The position numbers were made by a program, and so were the translations under genes. From a virus: DNA of 64,000 nucleotides. The notes below the pieces were generated by a model. The model ran no database searches and was not told the DNA's origin. It saw nothing but the letters and a program-made list of their open reading frames with translations. The DNA is taken from positions 64,001 through 128,000 of the IMG/VR virus record IMGVR_UViG_3300045971_000356; one strand, written 5' to 3'. Positions 39,597 to 48,120 of the stretch are shown in pieces. Each line of letters begins with the position of its first letter. Within the stretch, counting starts at the first letter, position 1.

Positions 39597-40181
39597 ATGA
39601 TAAGCAACAACATCATTTTTTTAGATCTGGATGGGCCAGCGTTTCCATACGCTACGATACGCTATCATCCAGACAACGGAACACCATACCCAGGCGATTT
39701 TGAAATGGGTGAGACTGTAACATACTGGCGGATGTGTGAACGGTTTAGACACTTATGGCAGCACCTTAGTGATACTCGCAATTTTAAGGTTGTTATCTCG
39801 TCCTCGTGGCGCAAATATTACAACAAAGAGTCTTGCTTTCATGATTTGTTTACAGTGAATGGGCTACCACTTAACTTACACGAAGATTGGAAAACACTTA
39901 ATCTCAAAACAAGTGGGTATGGACCTTACTCGTCAGGCTATGATTCCAACTGCTATCGTGCAGCAGAAATCAGTGAATGGATTGTGCGGCACAAAGAGGT
40001 TAACGACTTTTTAATCTTAGATGACACAGAGTCTGGTTTTAGTTTGTATAGTAATGGTGCTGGGTGGGACAAGGTGCACGATTACATGAAAAACAGCATC
40101 ATAATGGTTGACGTTGACACTGGGTTGTCAAGCGGCAATATTGCGAAAATTTTGTCTAATACTTCAAGGTGGATATCATGA
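39597..40181 (+). CDS. HAD-family phosphatase-like protein (Swiss Army Knife RNA repair type)
   Basis: IFLDLDG, VISSSWR, R..EI.EW and ILDD. Confidence 0.8.
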   Translation: MISNNIIFLDLDGPAFPYATIRYHPDNGTPYPGDFEMGETVTYWRMCERFRHLWQHLSDTRNFKVVISSSWRKYYNKESCFHDLFTVNGLPLNLHEDWKTLNLKTSGYGPYSSGYDSNCYRAAEISEWIVRHKEVNDFLILDDTESGFSLYSNGAGWDKVHDYMKNSIIMVDVDTGLSSGNIAKILSNTSRWIS

Positions 40182-40417
40182 AAAACATTTCTGAAATGTC
40201 AACAACTGAACTTATCAAACTGCCGTATTCAGATGTTGTTCAAAGAGTTCGCAGTGGTGAATGGGGAGTAGAACATTTCACACAATGGGCTGAAGATCGC
40301 CTTAACTACGCATTTGGCGACGGGTATGACGAAGGTTATGAGACTGGTGAAGAACAAGAAAGAACCAAAAAGCTTGAAAATAAAAGCATGTATGTTATAA
40401 TGCAGGCATAAATACTA

Positions 40418-40440
40418 TTGCAAGGGATAGACCCGCGCAA
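40418..40440 (+). promoter_or_regulatory. G-AUAGA-C hairpin, copy 1 (before the vestigial nadV start)
   Basis: TTGC-aa-GGG-ataga-CCC-gc-GCAA upstream of AAGGAG. Confidence 0.6.
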
Positions 40441-40467
40441 CATTTTATATTTTAAAGGAGCTTTAAA

Positions 40468-40590
40468 ATGTCTTGTAAACTTCATTCATTCATTCATTCA
40501 TTCATTCATTCATTCATTCATTCATTCATTCATTCATTCATTCATTCATTCATTCATTCATTCATTCAATCAATCATCACCGCAGTCTCT
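40468..40590 (+). pseudogene. Vestigial original 5' end of nadV containing the microsatellite
   Basis: Without the repeat it reads MSCKL-QSIITAV, versus NadV MSKLDSIILNV; same hairpin and SD. Confidence 0.6.
40481..40568 (+). repeat. (TTCA)22 perfect microsatellite followed by (ATCA)2
   Basis: Directly visible. Confidence 0.97.
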
Positions 40591-41495
40591 AATTTAGAGA
40601 TAATGTCCTCATTGAACCGAATTCGCAATAACTTAAATCCGTTTGTTGCAGCATATTCTGCTTTTATGTTGTCTCTTATCTGGGTCAACGCCAATTGATC
40701 AACTCCCGAAATAAGTTTCGAAAAGGATATTGGTCTAAAATGATATTCACCGTCAAACTCTATCAAGAGATTCTGATTTGGAATAAAGAAATCGTATTTA
40801 AGACGGCCTTTTTTAGATTTGTAATATAAGTTATTAAATGTTTTTTGATATTCGAAGTGTATATTATGTTTAACCAACCAGTTTTTAACAATAACTTCTC
40901 CCTTAGACGGATTAGAATTAGAGCAAGATGGGCAACCCACTCCGTTAGACCAATGATTTACCGGAGTTACAGAAAAATCACCATGTATGCTGCAAGTCAC
41001 ATTAACTTTTTTATGAGCATTTACATAAATTACATTATTGTAGGAATATTGACCATTATGAGTTTTGTTGGCCTTCTCTATAAATCTGCTATTTCCAAGT
41101 TGAGTTTTATTAGCAGCAATATCTTTACCACAAAGAGGACATCCGGATTTATTTGTAATGTGTCCAATTTTGGTCTGGGTAAATTCGCCATGTATAGGAC
41201 ATATGATTATTAATTTCTTAGCTGATATATCAACGAGAGAATAATCATATTTGTTATTATGGATTTTATGGCCGTTGTTTATAAATCTACTAAGATTTTC
41301 CTCTTTAGTAAAACCGCGGCCGCTACATTTTAGACAACCATAACCGGAAAGATGGTTGTTCGGAGTAATCAAGAAGTCGCCATGCTCATTGCATGTAACG
41401 ATTACCTTGGTTTTAGCTGTGCTATACAATACTTTTGAATAATCAAACTTATTGCCATGCACTTTTTGAAATTTTGATATGACTGCTTGACACAT
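40566..41495 (-). CDS. Homing endonuclease (DUF723-like CxxHG/CxxC repeats plus Vsr/PD-(D/E)XK-like domain)
   Basis: Three C..HG.F...GC..C repeats; YDFFIP...IEFDGEYH. Confidence 0.85.
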   Translation of the reverse strand: MCQAVISKFQKVHGNKFDYSKVLYSTAKTKVIVTCNEHGDFLITPNNHLSGYGCLKCSGRGFTKEENLSRFINNGHKIHNNKYDYSLVDISAKKLIIICPIHGEFTQTKIGHITNKSGCPLCGKDIAANKTQLGNSRFIEKANKTHNGQYSYNNVIYVNAHKKVNVTCSIHGDFSVTPVNHWSNGVGCPSCSNSNPSKGEVIVKNWLVKHNIHFEYQKTFNNLYYKSKKGRLKYDFFIPNQNLLIEFDGEYHFRPISFSKLISGVDQLALTQIRDNIKAEYAATNGFKLLRIRFNEDIISKLETAVMID

Positions 41496-41515
41496 ATTTA
41501 CTCCTATTGTATAAT
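41487..41515 (+). promoter_or_regulatory. Sigma70 promoter for nadV overlapping the endonuclease start codon
   Basis: TTGACA-17-TATAAT. Confidence 0.8.
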
Positions 41516-41558
41516 GTATTTATGTATTTACAGTAGCTATATCAATTTTTATAGAAGA

Positions 41559-41577
41559 CCATGAGATAGACTTGTGG
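41559..41577 (+). promoter_or_regulatory. G-AUAGA-C hairpin, copy 2 (nadV leader)
   Basis: CCATGAG-ataga-CTTGTGG. Confidence 0.6.
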
Positions 41578-41602
41578 CAATTTTTAATAAAGGAGATTTA
41601 TT

Positions 41603-43045
41603 ATGAGCAAGTTAGATAGTATTATATTAAATGTTGATAGTTATAAAGTAAGCATGAGCAGGCAGTATCCACCAGGAACTGAGTATGTGTACTCTTACAT
41701 CGAATCACGCGGAGGCAAATATGACCGCACAGAATTTCTCGGGGTACAAGCACTTGCCAAGTATTTGGCCGAGCCAATCACGCAAGCGCAAATCGACTAC
41801 GCAGATCGAATCTGGACACTCCATGGAGAACCTTTCAACCGAGAAGGTTGGCAGTACATTCTCGATAAACATGCTGGAAGACTTCCGTTGCGTATCAGAG
41901 CCGCTAAAGAAGGACTTATCATCCCTACGAAAAATGTGCTATGTACCATCGAAAACACAGACCCAAAATGCTTCTGGCTTACAACATGGGTCGAAACTGC
42001 CGCGTTACGTGCTATCTGGTACCCAACTACTGTGGGAACCACCAGCTGGCACATCAAGCAAGAAATTCTAAACTACTTGGAGATATCAGGTGATCCCACT
42101 ACTATTGCTTTTAAGCTTCATGATTTTGGTGCTCGCGGGGTTAGCTCTTGCGAGTCTGCTAAAATTGGGGGTGCGGCGCACCTTGTCAACTTCATGGGGA
42201 CGGACACTATGTCTGGCATTCTGCACGTCAGTGATACCTACGGTAGCGATGTGTGTGGATTTAGTATCCCAGCCGCAGAACACAGTACCATCACAAGTTG
42301 GGGTCGTGCAAACGAAGTAGATGCTTACCGCAACATGGTCAAGCAGTTCGGTAAGCCTGGTGCCATCCTTGCCGTGGTATCTGACTCGTATGATATTTAC
42401 AAAGCCTGCGAAATGTGGGGAACGGAGTTAAAAGATGACGTTATTGCAAGTGGTGCTACTGTTGTTATTCGTCCTGACTCTGGTGACCCTACTATTGTTC
42501 TTCCGAAAATGTTCAACATTCTTGGCAGCAGATTTGGATTTGTTAAAAATTCCAAAGGCTATAAAGTACTCAATAATGTTCGTGTTATTTGGGGCGATGG
42601 CATTGATTCTATTAGCCTATCTGAAATACTTCGGACTGTTGTTGATGTAGGCGGTTGGTCTGCTGACAACATAGCATTCGGCATGGGTGGCGGACTCTTG
42701 CAACAATGCAACCGTGACACCCAAGAGTTTGCTATGAAGGCTTCGGCTGTTGGTATTCGTGAATGGATACATGATGCTGCTGGTCTTTTGGAAAACAAGA
42801 TTGTTTGGCGTGATGTATTCAAAGATCCAGTTACTGCTTCAAACAAAGCATCTAAGAAGGGTCGTGTGCAACTGTGGACAAATGGTGCTCCTCAAGGCAC
42901 TGAATACGAAACCGCTGTAAATGCTCCTACTCGCTGGACTGACAAAGGCTTTGGCTGGGAAGATGCAATGCATACATACTTTGAAAATGGCAAGGTAGTA
43001 TTCACACAAACGTTTGACGAAGTTCGTGCTAACTCAATGATGTAA
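41603..43045 (+). CDS. nadV: Nicotinamide phosphoribosyltransferase
   Basis: DSYK, LHDFGARG, AAEHST, VSDSYD, IRPDSGDP and FGMGGGLLQ. Confidence 0.95.
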   Translation: MSKLDSIILNVDSYKVSMSRQYPPGTEYVYSYIESRGGKYDRTEFLGVQALAKYLAEPITQAQIDYADRIWTLHGEPFNREGWQYILDKHAGRLPLRIRAAKEGLIIPTKNVLCTIENTDPKCFWLTTWVETAALRAIWYPTTVGTTSWHIKQEILNYLEISGDPTTIAFKLHDFGARGVSSCESAKIGGAAHLVNFMGTDTMSGILHVSDTYGSDVCGFSIPAAEHSTITSWGRANEVDAYRNMVKQFGKPGAILAVVSDSYDIYKACEMWGTELKDDVIASGATVVIRPDSGDPTIVLPKMFNILGSRFGFVKNSKGYKVLNNVRVIWGDGIDSISLSEILRTVVDVGGWSADNIAFGMGGGLLQQCNRDTQEFAMKASAVGIREWIHDAAGLLENKIVWRDVFKDPVTASNKASKKGRVQLWTNGAPQGTEYETAVNAPTRWTDKGFGWEDAMHTYFENGKVVFTQTFDEVRANSMM

Positions 43046-43574
43046 AGGAGTTAAGCATGACTAAACACCGCCTGATGAAAGATGAAGATGACTTTGCTGA
43101 TAGTGTCGCAGTAGACGATGCGTCTTGGCAAGAGTTCATGGCCGCAGGCGGTGTTTATCCTAAACATGTAGATCCACCCACAGTGCCTGGCTCATTAGAT
43201 GACATTGAATTCAGTGAAGCATCAAAAGCAGAAGCAGAGTTCAATGCCACAGTGTTTAAAGATGCAGCAGTAAGCGCGACAGCATTTGACGATCTCAAAG
43301 ATAACGATTTAAGGAAATAACATGGTATCAATGTCTGAAGAATTTGCTGCATCACGCCACAAGCCTAAGTACGAGTTTATGGCTCGTGTTGAAGGCAAGT
43401 ACAAAAACATTCCCTTCGTCGGCAGCATCGGAAACGATACTGTGATTAGCGAAGCAGAAGGTCCAATATTTACCATCCATCTTGACTTGCCAATAAAAGT
43501 AGACGGTGCTTACATCTGTTATCTAAAGTGTAAACAATCAGAGATTAAAAATCTCAAACGTCGTTAGTAAAACC

Positions 43575-43599
43575 ATTCGCAAAGATAGACTACGCGAAT
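43575..43599 (+). promoter_or_regulatory. G-AUAGA-C hairpin, copy 3 (nadM leader)
   Basis: ATTCGC-aa-AG-ataga-CT-ac-GCGAAT. Confidence 0.6.
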
Positions 43600-43621
43600 C
43601 TAAAATTTTAAGGATCTTAAA

Positions 43622-44638
43622 ATGAAAAAATATCACTCTCTCGTAATGATCGGGCGCTTTCAGCCCGTACATAGTGCACACGCCGCAATTATTCGCCGTG
43701 CCGCCACACTTGCCCAACAGGTAATCATTATCGTTGGTTCAGCAAAGCAACCACGCACATACAAAAATCCCTGGTCGTCACACGAACGCAGGCTAATGCT
43801 TCAAAATGTGGTTGACTCCATTCAAACCGACGCAGTGGTGCGCATCGAGGAAAACATTGACACAATTTACAACGATCAAGCATGGGCTGGTCGCATACAG
43901 CAAATCGTTAGCAAGCACACCACCGCTGATGACAAAATCGGGATCATTGGGCACAAGAAAGACGAGTCCAGTTTTTACCTTGACATGTTCCCACAGTGGG
44001 AGTTTGAGAATGTGCCACTGCTTGAGCCGCTGCATGCGTCCAATGTGCGTGACCTTTACTTCCAAGAAAATGCCAACTTAAAGTTTTTACAAGGTGTGCT
44101 GCCACAACCTGTAATGCGTATGTTGGAGGGTTGGATTGGTACACCAGAGTACACCCAGGTAGTTCGTGAACGATTGTTCGTTGAAAAGTATCGCCAACAG
44201 TATGCCTCACTGCCATACGAGCCAACCTTTGTCACCGCTGATGCTCTTGTGGTGTGTGCTGGCCATGTGCTTGTCGTTAAACGCAAGTCAGAGCCAGGCC
44301 GTGGATTGCTCGCGTTGCCAGGCGGATACTTGAACGCAAAGACTGACAAGTCGATGAAAGACTGTATGCTGCGTGAGTTGCGTGAGGAGACTGGTATCAA
44401 AGTGCCTGCTCCTGTGTTGCGTGGCTCCATTGTGTCGTCCCGTGTGTTTGACGGATTGGAACGTTCCGCACGTGGACGCATTATAACGCATGCGTTCCGC
44501 ATTGATCTCGCTGACACGGAACTGCCGCGGGTAAAGGGCGCTGATGACGCTTTCTCTGCTAAATTTATACCAATATCTGAACTTAAACCCGATAATATGT
44601 TTGAAGATCATTGGGAGATAATAAACGAAATGTTATAA
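43622..44638 (+). CDS. nadM: Bifunctional NMN adenylyltransferase / Nudix ADP-ribose pyrophosphatase
   Basis: GRFQPVH..H, GS, KNPW; Nudix box PGG...RELREETG; GADDA and FEDH. Confidence 0.93.
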   Translation: MKKYHSLVMIGRFQPVHSAHAAIIRRAATLAQQVIIIVGSAKQPRTYKNPWSSHERRLMLQNVVDSIQTDAVVRIEENIDTIYNDQAWAGRIQQIVSKHTTADDKIGIIGHKKDESSFYLDMFPQWEFENVPLLEPLHASNVRDLYFQENANLKFLQGVLPQPVMRMLEGWIGTPEYTQVVRERLFVEKYRQQYASLPYEPTFVTADALVVCAGHVLVVKRKSEPGRGLLALPGGYLNAKTDKSMKDCMLRELREETGIKVPAPVLRGSIVSSRVFDGLERSARGRIITHAFRIDLADTELPRVKGADDAFSAKFIPISELKPDNMFEDHWEIINEML

Positions 44639-44670
44639 TCATTTGCTCCTTTGACTAGTGGTATAAATAC

Positions 44671-45579
44671 ATGATGAGAACTTACAGAACTACCGAAACT
44701 GCATTAGCAGACATTGCCGCCAAACACGGTAACAAAATAACAGCATTACCCACGTTTTCGTTCACAAACGTTGACAAGAAAGAAACGTTTGTTTGCAAAG
44801 AACACGGGGAGTTCGAATCAACTGTTTATAGATTACTTAAATCGAAAGGTTATGGGTGTAATAAATGCTCCCCGTTTGGGCCAAAGGGGTGGGAGTATAT
44901 GAAGCAGAAGATTTTCAACAAGCACGGTGATAGATATGAATACTATCTAAATGATGACACATACACCGCCGGTAGTAAATTAAAAATAATATGCCGTAAG
45001 CATGGGGTATTTTATCAAAATTACGGAGATCATGTTACTGGTACTGGGTGCCCGACGTGTAGTAAAGAAGAAAAAGAAGTTTCAGTGAATGACTTTTTAC
45101 TAAATGCAATAACTCACCACGGAAATTCTTACGGATATGATTACGTATTTGAGGATTATACAAAAGCCGCGTCAAAAGTTAGAATTATTTGTCCTAAGCA
45201 CGGTATTTTCTTGCAGCAAGCAAACGATCACGGACGTGGTAGTGGATGCCCAAGTTGCAGTAATGCATCACGTGGTGAAAATTTAATTCGAAATTTTTTA
45301 ATTCGAAACAAAATAGAATATACCACACAAAAAACATTTCCTGATTGTGTTCGTAATAAAGGAAAATTAAAATATGACTTTTATTTGCCTGCACATAACA
45401 TACTAATCGAGTACGATGGAAAACAACACTTTGAAACAGGATTTTTGTGTCAGGACCTCGATGACATAAAGGCCACAGATGAATTTAAAACAAAATATGC
45501 TGCTGATAACGGATTTGTTTTATTACGCCTGCGATATGACGATAATTCTTTACAAATTTTACAGACAATGCTTGCATAA
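44671..45579 (+). CDS. Homing endonuclease (DUF723-like repeats plus nuclease domain), paralogue of 40566..41495
   Basis: C..HG.F repeats; YDFYLP...IEYDGKQHF. Confidence 0.85.
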   Translation: MMRTYRTTETALADIAAKHGNKITALPTFSFTNVDKKETFVCKEHGEFESTVYRLLKSKGYGCNKCSPFGPKGWEYMKQKIFNKHGDRYEYYLNDDTYTAGSKLKIICRKHGVFYQNYGDHVTGTGCPTCSKEEKEVSVNDFLLNAITHHGNSYGYDYVFEDYTKAASKVRIICPKHGIFLQQANDHGRGSGCPSCSNASRGENLIRNFLIRNKIEYTTQKTFPDCVRNKGKLKYDFYLPAHNILIEYDGKQHFETGFLCQDLDDIKATDEFKTKYAADNGFVLLRLRYDDNSLQILQTMLA

Positions 45580-45607
45580 TGTTGCTTTTTTACAACAAAA
45601 ATAATTG

Positions 45608-45636
45608 TTGACAATCAAGCATTTTGACTGTATAAT
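45608..45636 (+). promoter_or_regulatory. Early promoter, ATG 6 nt downstream
   Basis: TTGACA-17-TATAAT. Confidence 0.8.
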
Positions 45637-45642
45637 AAGCGC

Positions 45643-45927
45643 ATGATACAAAAAACTGAATACGCTGTCTTTTGGGTAGACAGCACAAACACTGGCCCAG
45701 CCCATGTCAATCGTTTTGCCGCAATGGGCGAAGCGTTGGCGCTGATGCAAATACTGCGAGACAACGGACACCGTTTCGTGACTATGGCGTCTGAAAACAT
45801 TGACAACGTGGGGCTGATGGGCGTATCATCCATAGTGGACGGTAAGTGCCCAGACGGTTCTGAATTTCAAGGCCGTACAAGCCGCTATGGTGTGGCACTT
45901 GCACGGAGCAAAAAGGAAGTATCATGA
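45643..45927 (+). CDS. Hypothetical early protein
   Basis: FVTMASEN...VG..GV..I.DG..PDG. Confidence 0.65.
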   Translation: MIQKTEYAVFWVDSTNTGPAHVNRFAAMGEALALMQILRDNGHRFVTMASENIDNVGLMGVSSIVDGKCPDGSEFQGRTSRYGVALARSKKEVS

Positions 45928-46171
45928 CTAACGACGAATTTAAGATTTACAAAGCAAAAGTAGCCCGCAAGCATGCGTCATTGACACGCATTAAAAAAGA
46001 GTTCTTGGAACTGGTCGCACAGTGTACGCATAACGAACTGCGGCACAAAAAAGAGCATGAGGTTGGAGGCTACTTAAATACTGGCACAAACACAGAGTAC
46101 GACGAGTGCATCTTGTGCGGCAAAAAGTTTAATGTGGTTGAAACCTCAACAGGCATTTACGGGTAAACATC

Positions 46172-46627
46172 ATGAAAATCGTAAAGGGCAATCTGCTTGA
46201 CCTCGCAGAACAAGGGCACTTTCATGTTATTGTGCAAGGCTGCAACTGCTTTAACACGATGGGGTCTGGGCTTGCCAACGAGATCCGTGAACGTTATCCA
46301 GACGCATGGCAGGTTGATCAAGAAACTCTGTCAGGTGACTACAATAAGCTCGGTAATTTTACTGTAATGCTTGGAAAACGTTTTAACATTGTCAACGCAT
46401 ATACACAATATGACTTTAGTCGTGGCAGCGATGTTTTTGAGTATACTGCGTTCCAACTTATCCTGCAGAAACTTGCTCACCAATATCCTGCCTGCAACTT
46501 TGGTTTTCCGAAGATTGGATGCGGGCTTGCTGGCGGTAATGAAAAAATAATTATGGACATGTTGCAACAGTTCAGCGACAACTTGCTACTAACTGGCGGC
46601 ACCGTAACAGTAGTTGAATTTGCATGA
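46172..46627 (+). CDS. Macro domain (ADP-ribose processing) protein
   Basis: KGNLL, GCNCFNTMGSGLA, NAYTQ and PKIGCGLAGG. Confidence 0.88.
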   Translation: MKIVKGNLLDLAEQGHFHVIVQGCNCFNTMGSGLANEIRERYPDAWQVDQETLSGDYNKLGNFTVMLGKRFNIVNAYTQYDFSRGSDVFEYTAFQLILQKLAHQYPACNFGFPKIGCGLAGGNEKIIMDMLQQFSDNLLLTGGTVTVVEFA

Positions 46628-46830
46628 AATATTGGAACAAGGATAAAAAAGTTAGGGTAAAGTGGGCAACGTCTCCTTCCCCAAAAATTAGTTCTGTTCC
46701 TAATGCAAAAAATTGGTGCAAAAACAATGCAAGCACGGGCAAATTTTACTTTCACTATACAAATACGAGATGGTGGTTTGAACACGAGCACGATGCAACA
46801 TTATTCGCACTTGCTTGGTCAAATCGTTAA
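46624..46830 (+). CDS. Small hypothetical protein (DA..F.L.W family)
   Basis: Ends FEHEHDATLFALAWS. Confidence 0.6.
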   Translation: MKYWNKDKKVRVKWATSPSPKISSVPNAKNWCKNNASTGKFYFHYTNTRWWFEHEHDATLFALAWSNR

Positions 46831-47051
46831 AAACACTTGACTTTGGCACATTTTAATGCTATACTAACCGCAAGTTACAAACAAAGATAGGTTAAATGAA
46901 ATGAATACAGAATCTAAGAGTATGCTTTGGCGAGGGGCATACCGACTTGGCTATGAAGTGGGATTTGCTATCGCAGCGATTGCGACGCTTGTCAACTTTG
47001 TGATGTTCCCTTTCCCTCGCTATTAAACAACTTTTTAAAGGATTTTATATC

Positions 47052-47393
47052 ATGGCATACGCGACAGTGTTAATGACAAACGGTGTTGAAATTAAAAAGG
47101 CACCAATTGGCTTTTCGTGGACTACGTTTTTCTTTGGCGGGTGGGTTGGTTTACTGCGCCAAGACTGGCTCAAAGGCAGTATCATCCTTGTTGGTGGGCT
47201 TTGCACCTATGGCATTGTGGGTATGGTGGCTGCTTTCTTCTACAATAAACTCTACATCAAAGGCTTGTTTGATCAAGGATATCGCGTTCACGCATTGCCA
47301 CCAAATGTCTCAGAAGAAACACTACGCATCTACTGCGAGTATGTCGCGCTCCCTGGCGCTAAGGTACCTGCTGACAAGTCAGTAGCAGTTTAA
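47052..47393 (+). CDS. Small membrane protein
   Basis: GFSWTTFFFG...R.DW...YNKLYI...GY. Confidence 0.7.
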   Translation: MAYATVLMTNGVEIKKAPIGFSWTTFFFGGWVGLLRQDWLKGSIILVGGLCTYGIVGMVAAFFYNKLYIKGLFDQGYRVHALPPNVSEETLRIYCEYVALPGAKVPADKSVAV

Positions 47394-47692
47394 TTTTGAT
47401 TGGACCTGTGTAAATTTTACACGGGTTCAATAGAAATATAAGTTGGAGTATGTTAAGTGTCGTATATAAGAATTGATGGATTTAGCGATAACCAAATGAA
47501 GCACGCCGACATTTTGTGGCAACTACAATCTCAAGAAGAAGTTGAATTTTACTTGTCGGGGTTATTTAATAAAGATTGGGCGGACGCACAGATTGCTCTT
47601 CACATGATTGCGGCTGAGGCTATTGACGGTATCAATCAAATTGAACCAGAGGTTGAAGAAATTATTAACAATATGAAGTAAAAGGCTTAATT

Positions 47693-48120
47693 ATGTTTTC
47701 AGAATCAAGATTCAAGCATTATCAAACAGGAGATGCAATCATTGATGCTCACCATCGTAATATTTTATCGTTAGCTGATGATACAATGGAACATTTGATT
47801 AAATGGAAAGAATGCTTTACTGCTAACTGTCAATGCCAAGTTAACAATGTAATTCAAAATTTTATTGATGCACTAACTGATCATATCAATGAAGAAAATA
47901 AATTCATGGATGACAATTTGTTTCAATATAGGGACATACATAAGAAAATTCATGAGCATTTTCTTATAGACGTTAAAAAGCAGTAGAATTTTATCAAAAC
48001 TCAAGAGAGTCTGCCACACATGTTCAACATAAGTTGTATAAGTTAGTAGAACTATATTACTACCATATTGATAATTATGACTTGCAAATGGTACAGTGGA
48101 TTAAGGAAAATAAAAAATGA
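47693..48120 (+). pseudogene. Hemerythrin-like gene with a frameshift near 47975-47980
   Basis: TG...ID.HH, H...E..FM and H...H; the -1 frame supplies HIDNYD and ends in an ATGA overlap with the next gene. Confidence 0.7.

Noticed and set aside
40481-40568. CRISPR array
   Set aside because: It is a pure 4-bp tandem repeat with no spacers, and there are no cas genes in the window.
40468-40698. Functional (HSFI)n protein
   Set aside because: The frame consists of the microsatellite plus antisense endonuclease sequence; it is better explained as a vestigial nadV start.
40418-43599. GATAGAC motif as an NrtR-type DNA operator
   Set aside because: The conserved part is the asymmetric loop, while the palindromic arms vary and include G-U pairs, which fits an RNA hairpin better.
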